A DNA stretch of 64,000 nt, taken from positions 318,804,001-318,868,000 of the forward strand of contig OZ024743.1 of the NCBI GenBank assembly GCA_964016885.1, in the 5' to 3' direction. Under the pieces are notes generated by a model, which ran no database searches, was not told the origin of the DNA, and saw only the letters and a list, made by a program, of their open reading frames with translations. This document shows, in pieces, positions 44,933 to 60,785 of this stretch. The DNA is from Eledone cirrhosa. Taxonomy: Eukaryota. A program made the translations under genes and the position numbers. The number at the start of each line of letters is the position of its first letter. Positions within the stretch are counted from its first letter, which is position 1.

Positions 44933-47798
44933 GAGAGAGAGAGAGAGATAACATTTAATCATTTTCAACAATTCCTTCGTACACAGAATGCATGGGGGTA
45001 TTTATCTAACGAAATATACATGAAATCACGTGCTACTGGAGAATATATTGGATACTGTGGTTATAAATAATCAAAGACGTGATAGTCAAACTAATACCGA
45101 CTTGCTTGAAACAAAACAAATGGAAATAAAATGGAAACAAAGAAGTCTGTCATCACACACACACACACAGACAGACACACAGAGACAGAGACACACACAC
45201 ACATACACACACAATATATGGGTGAATACAGGAAAACGGACGAAGTACAGACAATCCCATCTCATCAGTCGATCGCTAAAGATACGTTGCTTCGGTGTTT
45301 GAAGATCGATAAAAGTGGACAAAGGACAAGACGAAAGTCTTTTGACTATTTCCAAATAAGAGAAATTATGTTACAATCCCTTGTACTGCAACCGAAAAGA
45401 AGAGATATCGACGAGGCCCAACATATTGATTAGCCAAGAAGAATAAGAATTAAAACAGGGTCGAAGAGATAGAGAATATACAAAGGTTTAATAAAAGTAC
45501 TTTTCCTGTTTTTTGGACGTTGAGTCCTAAAAAGACAGACACAAGGAGCAGAGAGAGAGAGAGAGAGAGGGGGGGAGAGGAGAGAGGGGGGGGCGATAGT
45601 GTCAATCCACCGTCTTCCTCTAATAACAATAATAACAACAACAATAATAACAATAATAATAAATCTAAAAAGAATAAAGTTCACTAAGTGAAATAATTAT
45701 CTCCACCCACCCAGAGACCACCTCTGATGTTAAAGTAGTCAGGATCGATTCTTTAGTGCAGTGAAGTAAAATTATATGAATAAAAGCCACTGCATAAACA
45801 AGAACCGATAAATTCAAGACAGCAGGTTTCTACATAGGTTGTCGTCGTCAAGTCAATATTCTGCAAATCTAGGACTAGATATTAAATTATGAAAAAAGTA
45901 AAATAATTAAAACAACAACCATATAGAACTGACACCGCTGCTTAATCTCATATAAAACATCGACTTATGAAATTTGAAATCTAGTCGAACGAAATATGGG
46001 TAACTGGTACAAATTTAGGTGATAGAGTTGATTCGACTGTGCTGCTTCGTAGGTAGAACAGCACACAGACACTGTTGCTAACACATGCACACATATATAT
46101 ATATACAGTACATGTACTGGCACATACATGTACATACACATACAGACACATACATGTACATACACATACAGATACATACGGATACATATAGACACATACA
46201 GGCATATACAAGCGCATTCAGATACATGCAGGTACATACAGACACGTGCAGACACTTACATACACATACTGGCACACCCATACACATACAGACATACATA
46301 CACATACAGATATATACATACACATTCATACACATACATACACACTCATACAAGGATATACAGACACACATATACATATAGACACAAATAGGCACATAAA
46401 GGCACATATAGAACCATAGAGACACATACATACAGCCACATAATGACACATACACACAAACATACACATACATATACATACATACACAGTGTATAAAATA
46501 ATTGTGAAATAACATTACAAGTTATGAAGAATTAAATAGAATTAACCGGTGAAATGGTTGTTTGGTTAGAACGACGGGTAGATATGTTTTACGATATTTG
46601 TTGTGTCTCAAATCTCTGACCTCCTTCTCAATTCTCTTCGTTCCCTCCTCCTCCTATTACTCATAAGAGTATGGTATGGTCCCGTAACTCCTGATGGAGT
46701 CGTAGGGACGCCGTATTGACATACGAAGTTTCTTGGGCATTTTAAACCTGGCAGAGCCCACCCCTCTCTATTCCTGAGTACAGCAGATTTCTTCAAGAGA
46801 AAGATAGAAAGTGAGAGAGAGGAAATGAGAAAGAGACATAGAGGAACAATCTACCCCAGTACTACACTGGTACTTTTATTTTATCGATCTCGAAAGGATG
46901 AAAAGCAAAGTTGACCTTGGCAAGATTTGAACTCGGAGAGCAGAGAGCCCAAACGAATACCACAAAGCATTCTCATTCTATCCGATGTTCTGCCAATTCG
47001 TCGCTCATTCTCATAAAAGTAATTCAGAAATACCACTACTTTTCTGTCTGTTTATGATTCTACTCAGATATATTTCGAATCAAACCTCCATCTCACCTAC
47101 GTGGATGGTTTAAGCCTTCTAAATACTATATTTCGAATGAAAAACATTGTTTATAACTTTCGAATAATTTTGAAAATAATAACTAACTTTCTCATTGTTA
47201 AGCTGATGTTTGGAACATAACTTAACAAACGTTCTTGCATAAAATTATGGTGGAATATATTTAGATAAATATAAACGTTCAAGTAAACAGCTTGGTGTCA
47301 AAGAACCAGGGGTGGTTTCAGGCGGTTCTGTACCAAGAACTTAAGACTGTTTACAAGAGGTAACATACAGCTAGAAAATCTACTCTGCTTGGAATCTCCA
47401 GTAATATCAAAATGAGGAGTTAGCTGAATTTCTCAAAGCGACTCACAATAGAAACAACTTAACTAAAAGCTGAAAATAGTAAGTTAATATATAGACACTT
47501 AGATAAGAGAATTAGAACAGAACCACTTAGGAATAAATGAAATTGATAAACTAGAAGTAACGGAAAATATTAGAAAAACGCAATAGCAGTAGGTGACCAG
47601 GTCACAAGGAGTGTAACGAAAACACTGACATGATAAATGTAAAGTGAATTTAACAGTTTTTGTTGTTATTTGAATGGCTAAAATGAGTCTTCTACGATGT
47701 AACTGATTTAGTTTCAATATACATTCTCAGCTCAAATCACTTGACAAACAAATATAACTGCATACATAAAGCTAACTCCATTTTACATTTATCATTTA

Positions 47799-48770
47799 CT
47801 AGCAGTAAAGCCCGGCGTTGCTCGGGGTCGCTCAGTAGCTGTGTTAAAGTTACAATGTTAAGTTTCTTTCTTGGCTTAAAAACTGTAGTGTCTACTGTGC
47901 AGACTTGCATGTGGTGTTTTTGATTAATATTCCCTCAACCAACAATATGCCTTATGAAGTTAAGAAAACATAACGATAACCCAAATGTTATAACAAAAGA
48001 GGATGCTGGGGATAGAAACTGCACTGGTTATTTATTAACAAAGATCGAAAATGTAAACACTGCAACGCAGAGAAAAACATTAGCGTAACCAAATTATCAG
48101 TTATGTCTGTCTGCACGCCTATATCACCTCTCTGCACGACTGTCTGTCTGTACGCCTATATCACCTCTCTGCACGACTGTCTGTCTGCACGCCTATATCA
48201 CCTCTCTGCACGACTGTCTGTCTGCACGCCTATATCACCTCTCTGCACGACTGTCTGTCTGCACGCCTATATCACCTCTCTGCACGACTGTCTGTCTGCA
48301 CGCGTATATCACCTCTCTGCACGACTGTCTGTCTGCACGCCTAACGACGAAATATTTGCTTGTTTTACGTAGTCTTTAAATAGACTTGTTTTCAAGTAAA
48401 AATATTGTTTTAAAATGCTTTTAAATGGAAATGAAGCAAAACGGAAGCTTAGTGTTCGAACTGATGAATTTTGCAGGTCAATATTTTGCTGGCTCGACAA
48501 CTGTTAAAGCCAGCGTAATTTTTTACGTAAGACGCTCAATGTAAACAGAACAAAGGGAAATAACTGATAACTTACGCTCAAAAATCGATACATTATATTC
48601 GATTTCGTCACATAGGGTGGGTCAATTTGAAATTTTTTTTTTCCGATGTCTTCGCTAGGGCTCAATGTACAAGTGTAGCAATTTCGGTGCAATTCCGTGA
48701 GAGATTCTAAGAGGAGATGTGTGCCAAAAATCGATAGACAGACAGACAACCACAGTTTTATATATATAGA
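47799..48770 (-). mobile_element. Non-autonomous Helitron
   Basis: Minus strand begins A|TCTATATATATAAAA and ends CCCGAGCAACGCCGGG hairpin followed by CTAG|T; inserted between A and T without TSD; carries an internal tandem array. Confidence 0.85.
48104..48342. repeat. 37-bp tandem repeat, about 6.4 copies, inside the Helitron
   Basis: Unit tgtctgtctgcacgcctatatcacctctctgcacgac. Confidence 0.95.
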
Positions 48771-49745
48771 TTTCCTGGTGTCAATATTTTCGACGCTGAT
48801 CAGTTATCAAGTTGAAAACAATGAGATGAAAATATTGGCACGAAGAAATAAATGATATATAGATATTGAAGTTAAAAGTTTTTGAACTGTTAAAATTACT
48901 CTTCCACGACGTGATTGCCAGACGAATACGATTCCAAAATGTTTAAACTAATGGTTCCCAAACTGTGCGTTTATATTTACCTGTCAAAGTAAGAAATAAC
49001 TAAACCAAGAATGAAAATATTGCCAAAAATTACCAATCACGTGTTTCTTATTGATAATTTGCTCTATCTATTGAACAAAGAAAGAACAAATGATTGTTTT
49101 GTATTTTTAACTATATAGATTTCTACTTTATGATATGCTAATATGTATAAATAATTCTTTTGAATAATTTTTCGAATTTAGAGACAAAGTGTGCCAACAT
49201 ACTTTTACTTGTTCTAAAGTGTGCCGTGAACAAAAAAACATTCGAGGAACAGTGGATTAGATATTGCCTTATGGAAATAGTAATTAACCCAGACACGTCT
49301 GAGGATATATTGCCTTTGGGAGATCCAGACAGTAGCAAATAGGATGGTGGCTTGTTTCTTTATTTTTGTTTGTAAAGCCTTAGAAACACGATCAGTGTTG
49401 TATCCAAGGGTCACTGGCTCTTTCAGGTATCCACACACACTTATTTAGGTTGAACAGTCTTCAACATAGTCCAGGTGGCACACTACTGTATTCAGCGGTC
49501 ACTTTGCTTCACTCCCGCCATCTCCAAGTCCTCACTGCTGTTTCCATGTTTTTCTTTTTATATAAAAACAAGGCCAGACATTTTTGAAATAGGGCTTAGT
49601 CGATTAAATCGGCCCCTGTACTTTACTGATACTATAATTTATCGACCAGAGAAAGATAGAAGGAAGATAAAGTTAAGTTTATCGCAAAGAGCCGAAATAA
49701 ATACCGCAAGATATTTTGTCTGAGTTTCTAATTATTATGCAGCCA

Positions 49746-49936
49746 ATAATTGTTTCTACTTTAGGCACAAGGCCAGCAATTATCCAGTGCATTACTGGTA
49801 CTTTATTTTATCGACCCCGTAAGGATGAAAGGCAAAGTCAACCTCGGCGGGATTTGAACTCAGATCGTAAAGGGACGTAACTATGCTGGAAAGCATGGTG
49901 TCTGACCCTCTACCGATACTGCCAATCCACCGCCCT
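49746..49936 (-). mobile_element. Full-length tRNA-derived SINE, dominant family
   Basis: Reverse complement of the 7773/21540-type copies. Confidence 0.9.
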
Positions 49937-51821
49937 TCAGCCAATAATGGGTGTTTTTATTTAGGAACAAGGGAAGCTATTTGTGGAGAGGAGAAAATCG
50001 ATTAAATCGAACCCAGACTTGATTGTTACTTTATTTTATCGAGATCGAAAGGAAGAAAAGTAATGTTGATCTCGGTGACATCTGAATGCAAGAAGTAAAA
50101 GGTTGTAAAATATCTTGGCCGGCGCACTAACGATTCTACCAACCAACCGCCCTTAGATTCTAAAAGTCTAAAGTCTGTCTCGAGTCCGGTGGCTCACCAG
50201 GCCCCTGTTTATCCCGGTTTCCATGGCGTTAAGCGACCGAGAACCCCCCCCCCCCCAGACAGGACACCAGACCATTGCAGGGTTAACGCCCCACCTAATA
50301 GTGGTACTTATTTTCAACTGAGTAAACTGGAGCACCATGATATGAAGTGTTTTGCTCAAGAATACGACACGCACCCAATCCAGGAATCGAACCCTCGGCA
50401 TTATGATCGTAAGTCTGACAACCTTACTTATAGACAACACGCCTCCTTCCAGTCTACCAATTCCATAATGATTTACAGAGGGATGGAATTCATCTGCTGT
50501 GTGATTCCAGCTTGCTATTATTGTGTGTGTGTGTTTATATGCGTGTGGTGTATATGTATGTGTGGTGTATATGTGTGCATATATGTAATATGTGCCCTTG
50601 TGTATATGTATGTATGTGTGGTGTGTATGTGTGAGGTGTGTATGTGTGTGGTATGTATGTGTGTGGTGTATATGTGTATATATTTGTAGATGTGTATATA
50701 TGTATGTGTGAGTGTAGTGTATGTATGTATGTATGTGGTGAGTGTATACGTATATGTGTGCTGTGTTTATATATATGTGTGTGGTATGTGTATATTATGT
50801 GTGTGGTGTATATATGTGTATGTGTGGTCACGTTAGTGTGAGGTAGGGAATTCGATGCTACAGTACCCTCTCTGCTGACAGAAGGCTAAAATCTTGTCTC
50901 ACATATCAGCTTCTCTTCGTCTTTATGACAGCTTCAACACAAACTATAACATCGCCACCGCCACCACTAACACAGTCACCCCCACCACTAACACTAACAT
51001 AGCCGCCACCACCACTGCCACCACTAACACAACCGCCGCTGCCGTCACCACTACTAACACTAATACAACCTACACCACTAACACAGCCACCCCGCTAACA
51101 CTAACACACACACGCCATTACTACCACTACTAACACTAATACAACCGCCACCGCTACAACCTACACCACTAGCACTAACACAGCCACCAACACCACCATC
51201 CCTAACACTAACACACCCGCCATCAATACCACCATCACAAACTATAACATCGTCACCACTAACATAACGGCCACCACCGCTACCACCATCTCCAGCCACC
51301 ACAAAGGCCACCGCCACCACTACCATCATAAAATCTACATCCACCGCCACCACCACTACAAGCGCCGCTGAAACCGGGGAAACCAACGCTACCATCACGC
51401 TGAGGTTAGCTTTGCCTTTCATCTTTATGGAGTTGATAAAATAAAGTACCAGTAATGCACTAGGGTCGATTTAATCGACTTTCCCCTTCCCTTCAAATTG
51501 CTGGCCTTGTGCCTAAACTAGAAACAATTATTATTATTATTGTTTTTTTTTTCTTTTGAGAAATTAATGAAAAATAAAAAATACATTGCACGTCAGACGG
51601 AAAATATCCTCAAATCATTTTGAAAATAATGAAGAATTTAGCGGAACTTGGTAATATAACTAAACTTCGCATTACAGAACTCGTGTTTGGAACATAAATG
51701 AACAAGGTTTTTATGTAATATCATGATAGAAGGTTTTATACAAATATAAACACTTTAAAACAAAGTTTTGTATCATAGACCCTGAGGGCGTTTTCCGATT
51801 GTTTGGTATTCAAAGAGTTAA

Positions 51822-52476
51822 ATAAGGAATGAAAATCAGTGTTGCGAAGACTGAGACACTCATCCTCTCAAGGAAGCCTGAACGGTGCACTCTACATGTG
51901 AGTGCAGCTTCACTGAAGCAGGTGAAAATGTTCAGATATCTTGGGGCTGTGTTCAGGAGTGATGGAAGGCAGGATGCTGAATTAAGTGCAAACATTGTAG
52001 TAGCTGGTGTAGTAATGTGCCAGCTTCAGCTTTCGGTCATCAGAAGAAGGGAGGTAGGCGTAAAAGACAAACTCACTTTCTTCAATTCAGTATTCGAGCC
52101 AATCCTTACTTATAGTCACGAATCTTAGGTAATGACCAAACGAATACAAGCGGCCGAAATGGGGTCCTTCGAAGCGTCTTTGGAGTAACGTTACTCGATA
52201 ATGTGCGTAGCTTGAATATCAGACAGTCGCTGTAGATAGAGCCGCTACTTCTCCGAATTGAAAGATCATAGTTCCGATATTACGAGCATGTGGTCATAAT
52301 GACTAAGGAAAGAATCATTTGACGACTAAGGAAAGAATCATTTGACAGATTTTACGGGCAAGTCCAACCAGCAGGAGATCCAGGAGTAGAACTTTAGCAC
52401 GATAGTTGGATAACATCCATGAGCTCGGTTGCACTTACTTGGGGATCCAGCCGGATCAATTGAAGACAGTTGCTTA
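51822..52476 (+). mobile_element. RTE (Rex3-like) LINE 3' fragment, longest copy
   Basis: MKISVAKTETLIL...FRYLGAVFRSDGR...FNSVFEPILTYSHES; stops downstream. Confidence 0.88.
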
Positions 52477-54824
52477 AAGACGGAAAAAGAATTCAACATC
52501 GGCCGCTACAAGGAATCAAACCCCGAATGTTGCGCTCATGCGCGGAGATGCTCGGCTACGTTTGAACGATGTTTGTGGACATTTAAAAACTATAATTTAG
52601 CTATCTAATTCAATACGGTTAAAGCTGGGAGATATAGGGTTCGAGTCCTCGTAACAGTCGATGGTAACTTCTATTTTCGTCTTTAAGGGTCTTATTTTAT
52701 AAGCTATTTTATAGCATTTCTGTGCATGAGCACACCATTCTCTATAAAAAGAGAAACATAAAAAAAATCAAACAGAACAATTTCCCCAAGGATGGCAGGG
52801 GAAGGGTTAGTTAACCTTCGAGGGTTAAGGTTAGGGTGGAGAAATCTCGCAAAAGCCAGGGTCACCTTGACCGCTAGAGCAAGTGCCCTTTCTCAGTTGT
52901 CCTCCAATTTACCGGTGCATACGAGAGCAGGCCCATTCCCTCGTATCAAGCTCGCCACTCCCACCCACGTTTCAATAATAATAATAATAACAATAAACAA
53001 TAAGTAAATAAATAGTAGGACAGATTCCTTTCTTAGGTACATACACTAGGGAGTGGGGAAGCAAAACGATTGAATTTCGTCTCCTCTATTTTACTACTGA
53101 CATGTATTTTAACGACACGGGTGGGGGTGAGATGTTGATGTTGGTGATGTTAATGGGGTGGGATGGAGGTTGTTGTTAGCTGTTGGCTTTGGTGGTAATG
53201 ATGATGGGGCTGGTGGTGGTGAGGTATTTCTGGTGACTGTAGTGATGATGGTGAGAGTAGAAGTCAAGTCAAAGTGGTTCCCATTGGGAATTGAACTCAG
53301 TACAAGATATCAGCGAATTAGGAGAGTCTTTAGAAGGTCAGATAGAATTCTTTGTGGTATTTGTTCCGGCCACATGCTCTGATGACTGAAGGTGGAAGCT
53401 AAATCACCGTGCAAATATTTTTTTACGCCCTATCAGCAAGCATATGTACCAAGTGAAAGTTAGTGTTACTATGACCAAGTGAAGGTTAGTGTTACTATGG
53501 CCAAATGAAAGTGAATGTTACTTTCGCCAAGTGAGAGTTACTATGATACGTAGTAACGTACAGTCTTCAGTCTTTTAATAAATGTTTACAATTGAACAAC
53601 TTAAGTTATCGGTCTGTTAGTGTTATTGTATTTTTAGCAGCAGGTCAGTCCCGTTAGGGATATCTTGGATTACATAACAGAATGTTATGTAATATATTGG
53701 ATCGATAGGATCGGAACCTCATTCGCTTACCGAGTGTGATGGAGCTCGTCAAATTGGATCAAGGAAACAATTTTTCATTGGCCTTTCTATTGCTGATACT
53801 ATCGGTTGCAACTCTTGGTAGAAAGAGCCGTATGAAATAAAGTGTCTTGCTCAAGGACACATCGCATCGCCCGGTCCAGGAATCGAACTCGCAACCACAC
53901 GATTGCGAATCCAATACTCTAACCACTAAACAACGCGCCTTCACAAAACGTCAGTATAATTATGTGATATCTAGGACTTCATTATAGAATATAGCACATA
54001 GTGATGTGGTAGGTGGTATAATACATTTTTAAATGGATCATTCAATGGACGAGACCCAATGACACTTTCCAGTATATCCAAAAAGAGAGGATATTATCCT
54101 CAAACAGGCGACCCTGACCCAAATATTTGCAACAGAGCAAACTTTACTAAATATACGCAAGATCTAGGTCGATAGATTAAACCAGTTGACGGATCAAGTT
54201 TACTATCCAAGAACAAGAACGGTCTCTTTTTGTTGGGTTACAATATTTTTCTCAGGTATAGTGTCTCTAGTTAGGAGTACGTTATCGAATGTCATACAGA
54301 TTGCTAGTAAATCAAGATTTCGTTGGGTTACCATATAGTTTCCTATCAGACATATTTCACTGACAAGCATATGATAGAAGACACTCACCTAAGGTCAAAA
54401 CTGATCCCCAAAAATCTATTACTGAACTCGTTCCAATCACGACCTTATCATATTTTTCTCAGGCATTGTATATCTAGAAGTACGTTATCCAATGTGTCAT
54501 ACTCATTTCTGGCAAACCAAGCGACAACATAAGGGCTCGTGGTATATGAATTAAATCCTAATTGTTATAGATCTTTCATGAAAGTCATATAACTAAAAGC
54601 TTTCCAATTTTAAAAAGCATTTTATTTTATTTTTCGTACACTGCATTACACAAGAACCCATCATAAAAACGGTCTTTGGGTAAGAAAAATGGCTGCTATT
54701 GCTGGCTGATTGAGCGATCGTATAAAGAGTGACACTCTTCTGGGACCGCCCTTTGCACTAGTGCTTGACTGTGCAATCAATCGTGTGTATGTTAATTAAT
54801 AAGCACTGTACTATATATATTGTA

Positions 54825-54898
<74 letters not shown>

Positions 54899-55012
54899 GG
54901 ACAACAGTACTTCCTCGTCAGCCACCTCCTGGAAATATGATTTATATATACATATATCTCTGTGTGTATGTGTGTGTGAGTGTGTGTGTGTGTATGTATT
55001 TATATATATATG

Positions 55013-55066
<54 letters not shown>

Positions 55067-55351
55067 AATATATATGAAAGTAGTGTTTAATTTAGTAATT
55101 GTACAGTACAAAGGGGATAAGGCAAGTGATGTGTGTGTGTGTGTGAGAGAGATTTGTGGTGTAAAAAATTCTGTTGAGTACAAATGTAATGTGGTAATGT
55201 ATAGGGGGGAACTACTGTGTATTAACCTTCAAAAGAAATCATACAGAAGCGACTACTTCTATATCTTCCGCCTCACTGATACATACATATATATATGTGT
55301 ATATATATGTATATATATGTATGTGTATATATACATGTATATAATAAATCT

Positions 55352-55413
<62 letters not shown>

Positions 55414-55414
55414 A

Positions 55415-55476
<62 letters not shown>

Positions 55477-55577
55477 AAATATATAAATGTATGTATATAT
55501 AAATATATAAATGTATGTATATATAAATATATATAAATATATATATATGTATGTATATATATATATATATGTATATG

Positions 55578-55619
<42 letters not shown>

Positions 55620-55728
55620 TATAAATATATATGAATACATATAAATATAGGCGTGTGTGTGTATATATAAATATATATATTTATGCATATGTATATATGG
55701 ATTTGTATACATACATACATATATATGG

Positions 55729-55795
<67 letters not shown>

Positions 55796-56295
55796 CATAT
55801 GTAGATATGTATGTATGTATGTATGTATGTATACATATCCATATATACATATGTATACATACATATATATACACACACACATACACATACACATATATAT
55901 ATATATACATACACACACACATACACACATATATATATATATATATATATACAGTATATATATATATCTGTATATGTGTGTATATATATGTATATATAGT
56001 ATATATATCTCTATATATGTGTGTGTATATATATATATATATATATGTGTAAATATATGTATATATAAGTGCATATATATATATATACATATATATATGT
56101 ATATATAAGTGCATATATATATATATACATATATATATGTATGTGTATATATATATATGTGTGTGTGAATATATATATATATGTGTGTGTATATATGTGT
56201 CTATATATATATATGTGTGTGTATATATGTGTCTATATATATATATATATGTGTGTGTGCATATATGTGTCCATATATATGTGTGTGTATATATG

Positions 56296-56380
<85 letters not shown>

Positions 56381-56716
56381 GAAAGGTATAGAAAAACTGC
56401 AGCGAAATATATATGTGTGTGTGTGCGTATATATATATATATATATATATAAAGAGAGAAAGTGTGTATGAGAGTAGGTAGGTAGAAGGTGAAGAGGGAG
56501 GAGAATGGCGGACAAGCTCATAACCAGACAGATACATACCATATGTATGTGAGAGGTGTGTTGGGGATGGGTGGGTGGTTATCACACACTAGCACTACAT
56601 ATGAAATTGAAGACAATCGAGGATAGGGTGGCCACCCTGTTACCAGACGTTGTATATATATATATATATATGTTTATGCGTGTCTGTATTATATATATTC
56701 TCTGTCTCTCTCTCCC

Positions 56717-56779
<63 letters not shown>

Positions 56780-56802
56780 CACACATATATATATATATAC
56801 AT

Positions 56803-56862
<60 letters not shown>

Positions 56863-56954
56863 TTATTAAAATAACAGATTAAAGTTTAAGCAAAGAATCG
56901 CTGCTTTCACCCTTAACGAGCCCTCTGGATTTTAGTCTTCAAATTTATTATTAT

Positions 56955-56996
<42 letters not shown>

Positions 56997-57192
56997 AAAC
57001 ATAAATTATCGAGATTCGCATTTCGGCCCACGAAATAACGGAAAACAACCTCAGATGTGCGGCAAGTGCTCAATAATTCAGATGAACCAGAGCTATAACA
57101 AACGTTAAAGGCCAAACACACTGAGACGATGGTTAAACAATCATTCGCATAGCCCCACCCCAAAAAACGATCAAGTAATTCGGGTATTGAAA

Positions 57193-57246
<54 letters not shown>

Positions 57247-57276
57247 AGATCAAAAGATGGTTAAAGGAGTTCCATG

Positions 57277-57346
57277 TATTTTATTATGCGCATTTCAAAA
57301 ACAAACATCATCATGCAATAATATTTGTGTTTTCATCAGATAAAAC
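57277..57346 (-). ncRNA. Minimal hammerhead (family B, inverted arm)
   Basis: Minus strand ttttat-CTGATGA-aaacacaaatattatt...tttgtttt-t-GAAA-tgcgca-TA-ataaaa. Confidence 0.82.
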
Positions 57347-57467
57347 AGGAGAACATGATATGAAGGCTAAAAAAGTCTTGTGGATAGTGCAGTTTTAAAT
57401 CAACATATATGTTGATTTAAAACTGCACTATCCACAAGTGTTTTTTAACCTTCATATCATGTCTTCC

Positions 57468-57538
57468 TATTTTATCTGATGAAAACACAAATATTATTGC
57501 ATGATGATGTTTGTTTTTGAAATGCGTATAATAAAATA
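57468..57538 (+). ncRNA. Minimal hammerhead (family B)
   Basis: tattttat-CTGATGA-(long stem II)-GAAA-tgcgta-TA-ataaaata; stem I 8/8. Confidence 0.82.
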
Positions 57539-58087
57539 CATGGAACTCCTTTAACCATCTTTTGATCTTATATTATGTATACTCCAGTCCTACAAACTGT
57601 AGAGTGCTTCTTATCCGATATCTGCATTGCTTTATTGTACTACAATAAAACTCACCTCCTACATATATATATATATATATATATATATCACCCACTCGGA
57701 CCCTCGGATTATCATTGGACTACTTTTGGATATCCCTCGGATTAGCTACGTATTCCGATTCTTGGTGCTTTTTGAATTACATTCGCAACACCAATCTTCC
57801 GCGACCCATCATCTACTTTGCTCTCCCTTTTGTTTCTATCTACTTTGCATCTATCTCCACCGATCCCAACCCCACCATACTCAACCAGAAATTCTTCCTC
57901 TCCTCCCTAAAAGTCTACCTCACCTCTTCCCCCACTTCTGCATGCAGCCCGCACCCCTCACCTCGACCCCTCACCCGCACGCCATACCACTTCCCCGCCC
58001 GTCACTATTCCCCCTCTCCTTTTTATTTTCTTTCTAATTTTATTAATTTTTTTTTATCTTTTATTCTTTGCGCTTTTCCTTTTGTGT

Positions 58088-58125
58088 TTGTCCTGATGAA
58101 GGGGAAGTGGCCGATACGTTGACTA
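58088..58125 (+). ncRNA. Degenerate minimal hammerhead (GAAA to GATA)
   Basis: gtc-CTGATGA-agg...cc-GATA-cg-TT-gac after a pyrimidine-rich tract, in TA-flanked island about 57689-58211. Confidence 0.55.
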
Positions 58126-58209
58126 TGTAACTCCCTCTCTTTCTTTTAAGCGTGAAACTAATACGACTTTAAATTAATGCATCCTCTAGTTTATTCATTT
58201 CATGTTTCT

Positions 58210-58259
<50 letters not shown>

Positions 58260-58399
58260 GTTTCTACTTTAGGCACAAGGCCAGCAATTACCCAGTGCAT
58301 TACTGGTACTTTATTTTATCGACAAAGGCAAAGTCAACCTCGGCGGGATTTGAACTGGAAAGCATGGCGTCCGACCCTCTACCTATACTGCCAATCCAA

Positions 58400-58467
<68 letters not shown>

Positions 58468-59011
58468 TTATTTCCTTATGCGTTCAGAAATCCACGAGTT
58501 TTAACGTTTCGAAGGTTACATTGCTTTATTTTCAGAAATAGAATGGCATCCTAAAAGAGGGCTGGTCACATGCTTAGCAGGGACGCCTGAAACATTAATG
58601 CACACAGAATTAGGAACACTACGTTTCCAAACTAAATATGAAGAACTGATAATGAAATACAAAAAATCTTTATGATCAACCTGGAGTACTGTCACATTTT
58701 TAATATAACATGTCTGCAAGAAATGTTGCCCCCAGCTGTATAAGAAAATGAATATGCCTAAACTCTACTAACATATTAAGTACCTTTTTCAACGACGGTC
58801 GCCACCCAATTTACATAGGGATTCTACACACACACACATACACACACACACACACACACATGACTGTAATTGCAGTTATTTCCTGCGTTTGAGCATCCTA
58901 GATTTAGGAATTTACTCAGTATTTCGTAAGTTCGAAAGTCTGAGCTTCACACACGATGTTTGTTTATATATATATATATAATATATATATATATTATATT
59001 TATTATATATA

Positions 59012-59070
<59 letters not shown>

Positions 59071-59071
59071 A

Positions 59072-59129
<58 letters not shown>

Positions 59130-59299
59130 GTAAATTTAGAATGGGGGAACGACGCAATTACTGCAAATGCCTCATAAGTCAACCATTATTCACATTTCCC
59201 GCTATTAGTTTGAAGTTAGTGGCTAACAGCTCTTTGACGTAGTGGCTAACGTACACGAAGGGCATCCGAGGGATGCGGCGTTCAATTCCTCGCGGGTCA

Positions 59300-59500
59300 C
59301 CGATTGGATTTGCTAGTAAAATCACTCTAGAGATTCTTTCCTGAGACATTCTAACCACATGGCCATAGCATCGGAGCTGTGATCTCTCAATTCGGAGATG
59401 TAGCGGCTCTACTTGGAGCGACTCTCTGATCTCCGAGCTACTCACACTATCGAGTAATGTTACTCCAAAGACCGTTCGGCGGGGACCCCATTTCGGCCGC
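59300..59500 (-). mobile_element. RTE (Rex3-like) LINE fragment
   Basis: SSEIRESLQVEPLHLRIERSQLRCYGHVVRMSQER. Confidence 0.82.
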
Positions 59501-59574
<74 letters not shown>

Positions 59575-59655
59575 GTATGTATGTATGTGTGTGTGTGTAT
59601 GTATGTATGTATGTATGTATGTATGTATGTATGTATGTGTGTGTGTGTGTATGTA

Positions 59656-59719
<64 letters not shown>

Positions 59720-59889
59720 TGTGTGTATATATATATATATTAAATAATTGTTTCTACTTTGGGCACAAGGCCAGCAATTACTCAGTACATTACTGGTACT
59801 TTATTTTATCGACCCCGTAAGGATGAAAAGCAAAGTTAACCTCGGCGGGATTTGAACTCAGATCGTAACATAATGATGATAATGATGAT

Positions 59890-60785
59890 AAACAACCCTA
59901 TTTTATACACTATCTTTCATAGAAATTTCTCATATTTTCTAATAACACTAATTAGAAAATATGAGATTCTAATAAAGAAATTGAAGTTAGAAAGTCGTCG
60001 TGTCTTCAACACTCACATAGACACATGCACTCACGCATATACACATACATACACACACACATACACATACAGACACACACAGACATACATATGTATTATC
60101 AGTGAATTGGAAAAATTATTAGAATGATATTTAATACATATTAACTTTTTCTTTCCATCGCACATGTTATTAAACCCTTAAATATTATTCTTAATACATA
60201 TTAACATTTTCTTTTCATCGCACATATTATTAAACCCCTCAATATACAAACCTTAACTTTACATTATTTTTCTCTTCGTTAATTTTCAAATTCTTTTAAT
60301 TTATACATTATCTTCCAACGGTTTTCAACCTCTCTATGTAAAACAATATATCTTTCTCAGTTATAAAAGCTATCTTTCTCTCTCTATCACCCATCTCTCC
60401 TCCTATCTCATCCTTCCTCATTATACTCCTCCCTCTCCACTTTTTACTCTCATCTCCTCCTCTTTTTCACCCCCCCCCTCAAAATAAAATATTTTTCCCA
60501 ATTTCACACATCAATCTAAAACTACTTCTCATATGTTGATTTAAAACTGTACTATCCACAAGTGTTTTTTAACCTTCCTATCATGTCTTCCTGTTTTATC
60601 TGATGAAAACACAAATATTATTGCATGTTGATATTTGTTTTTGAAATGCGCATAATAAAATACATGGAACTCTTTTAACCATCTTTTGTTCTTATATATT
60701 ATGTATACTCCAGTCCTACAAACTGTAGAGTGCTTCTTATCCGATATCTGCATTGCTTTATTGTACTACAATAAAACTCACCTCC

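Larger units (their letters stand above)
57240..57662. mobile_element. Palindromic PLE-type island, family B copy 1
   Basis: 168-bp arms 57240-57407 / 57408-57575 with no spacer, about 87-bp tail, (TA)n flanks, HHR in each arm. Confidence 0.9.

Noticed and set aside
48104-48342. 37-bp repeats (also the 52-bp and 48-bp arrays) as a CRISPR array
   Set aside because: Head-to-tail repeats with no unique spacers, no cas genes, eukaryotic context.
50894-51422. Thr-rich/Val-Gly-rich ORFs resembling mucin
   Set aside because: Degenerate (ACC/ACT)n low-complexity tract fused to a SINE; no splice or domain evidence.
52795-52840. Interstitial telomeric repeat
   Set aside because: Only one exact TTAGGG plus variants; too short.
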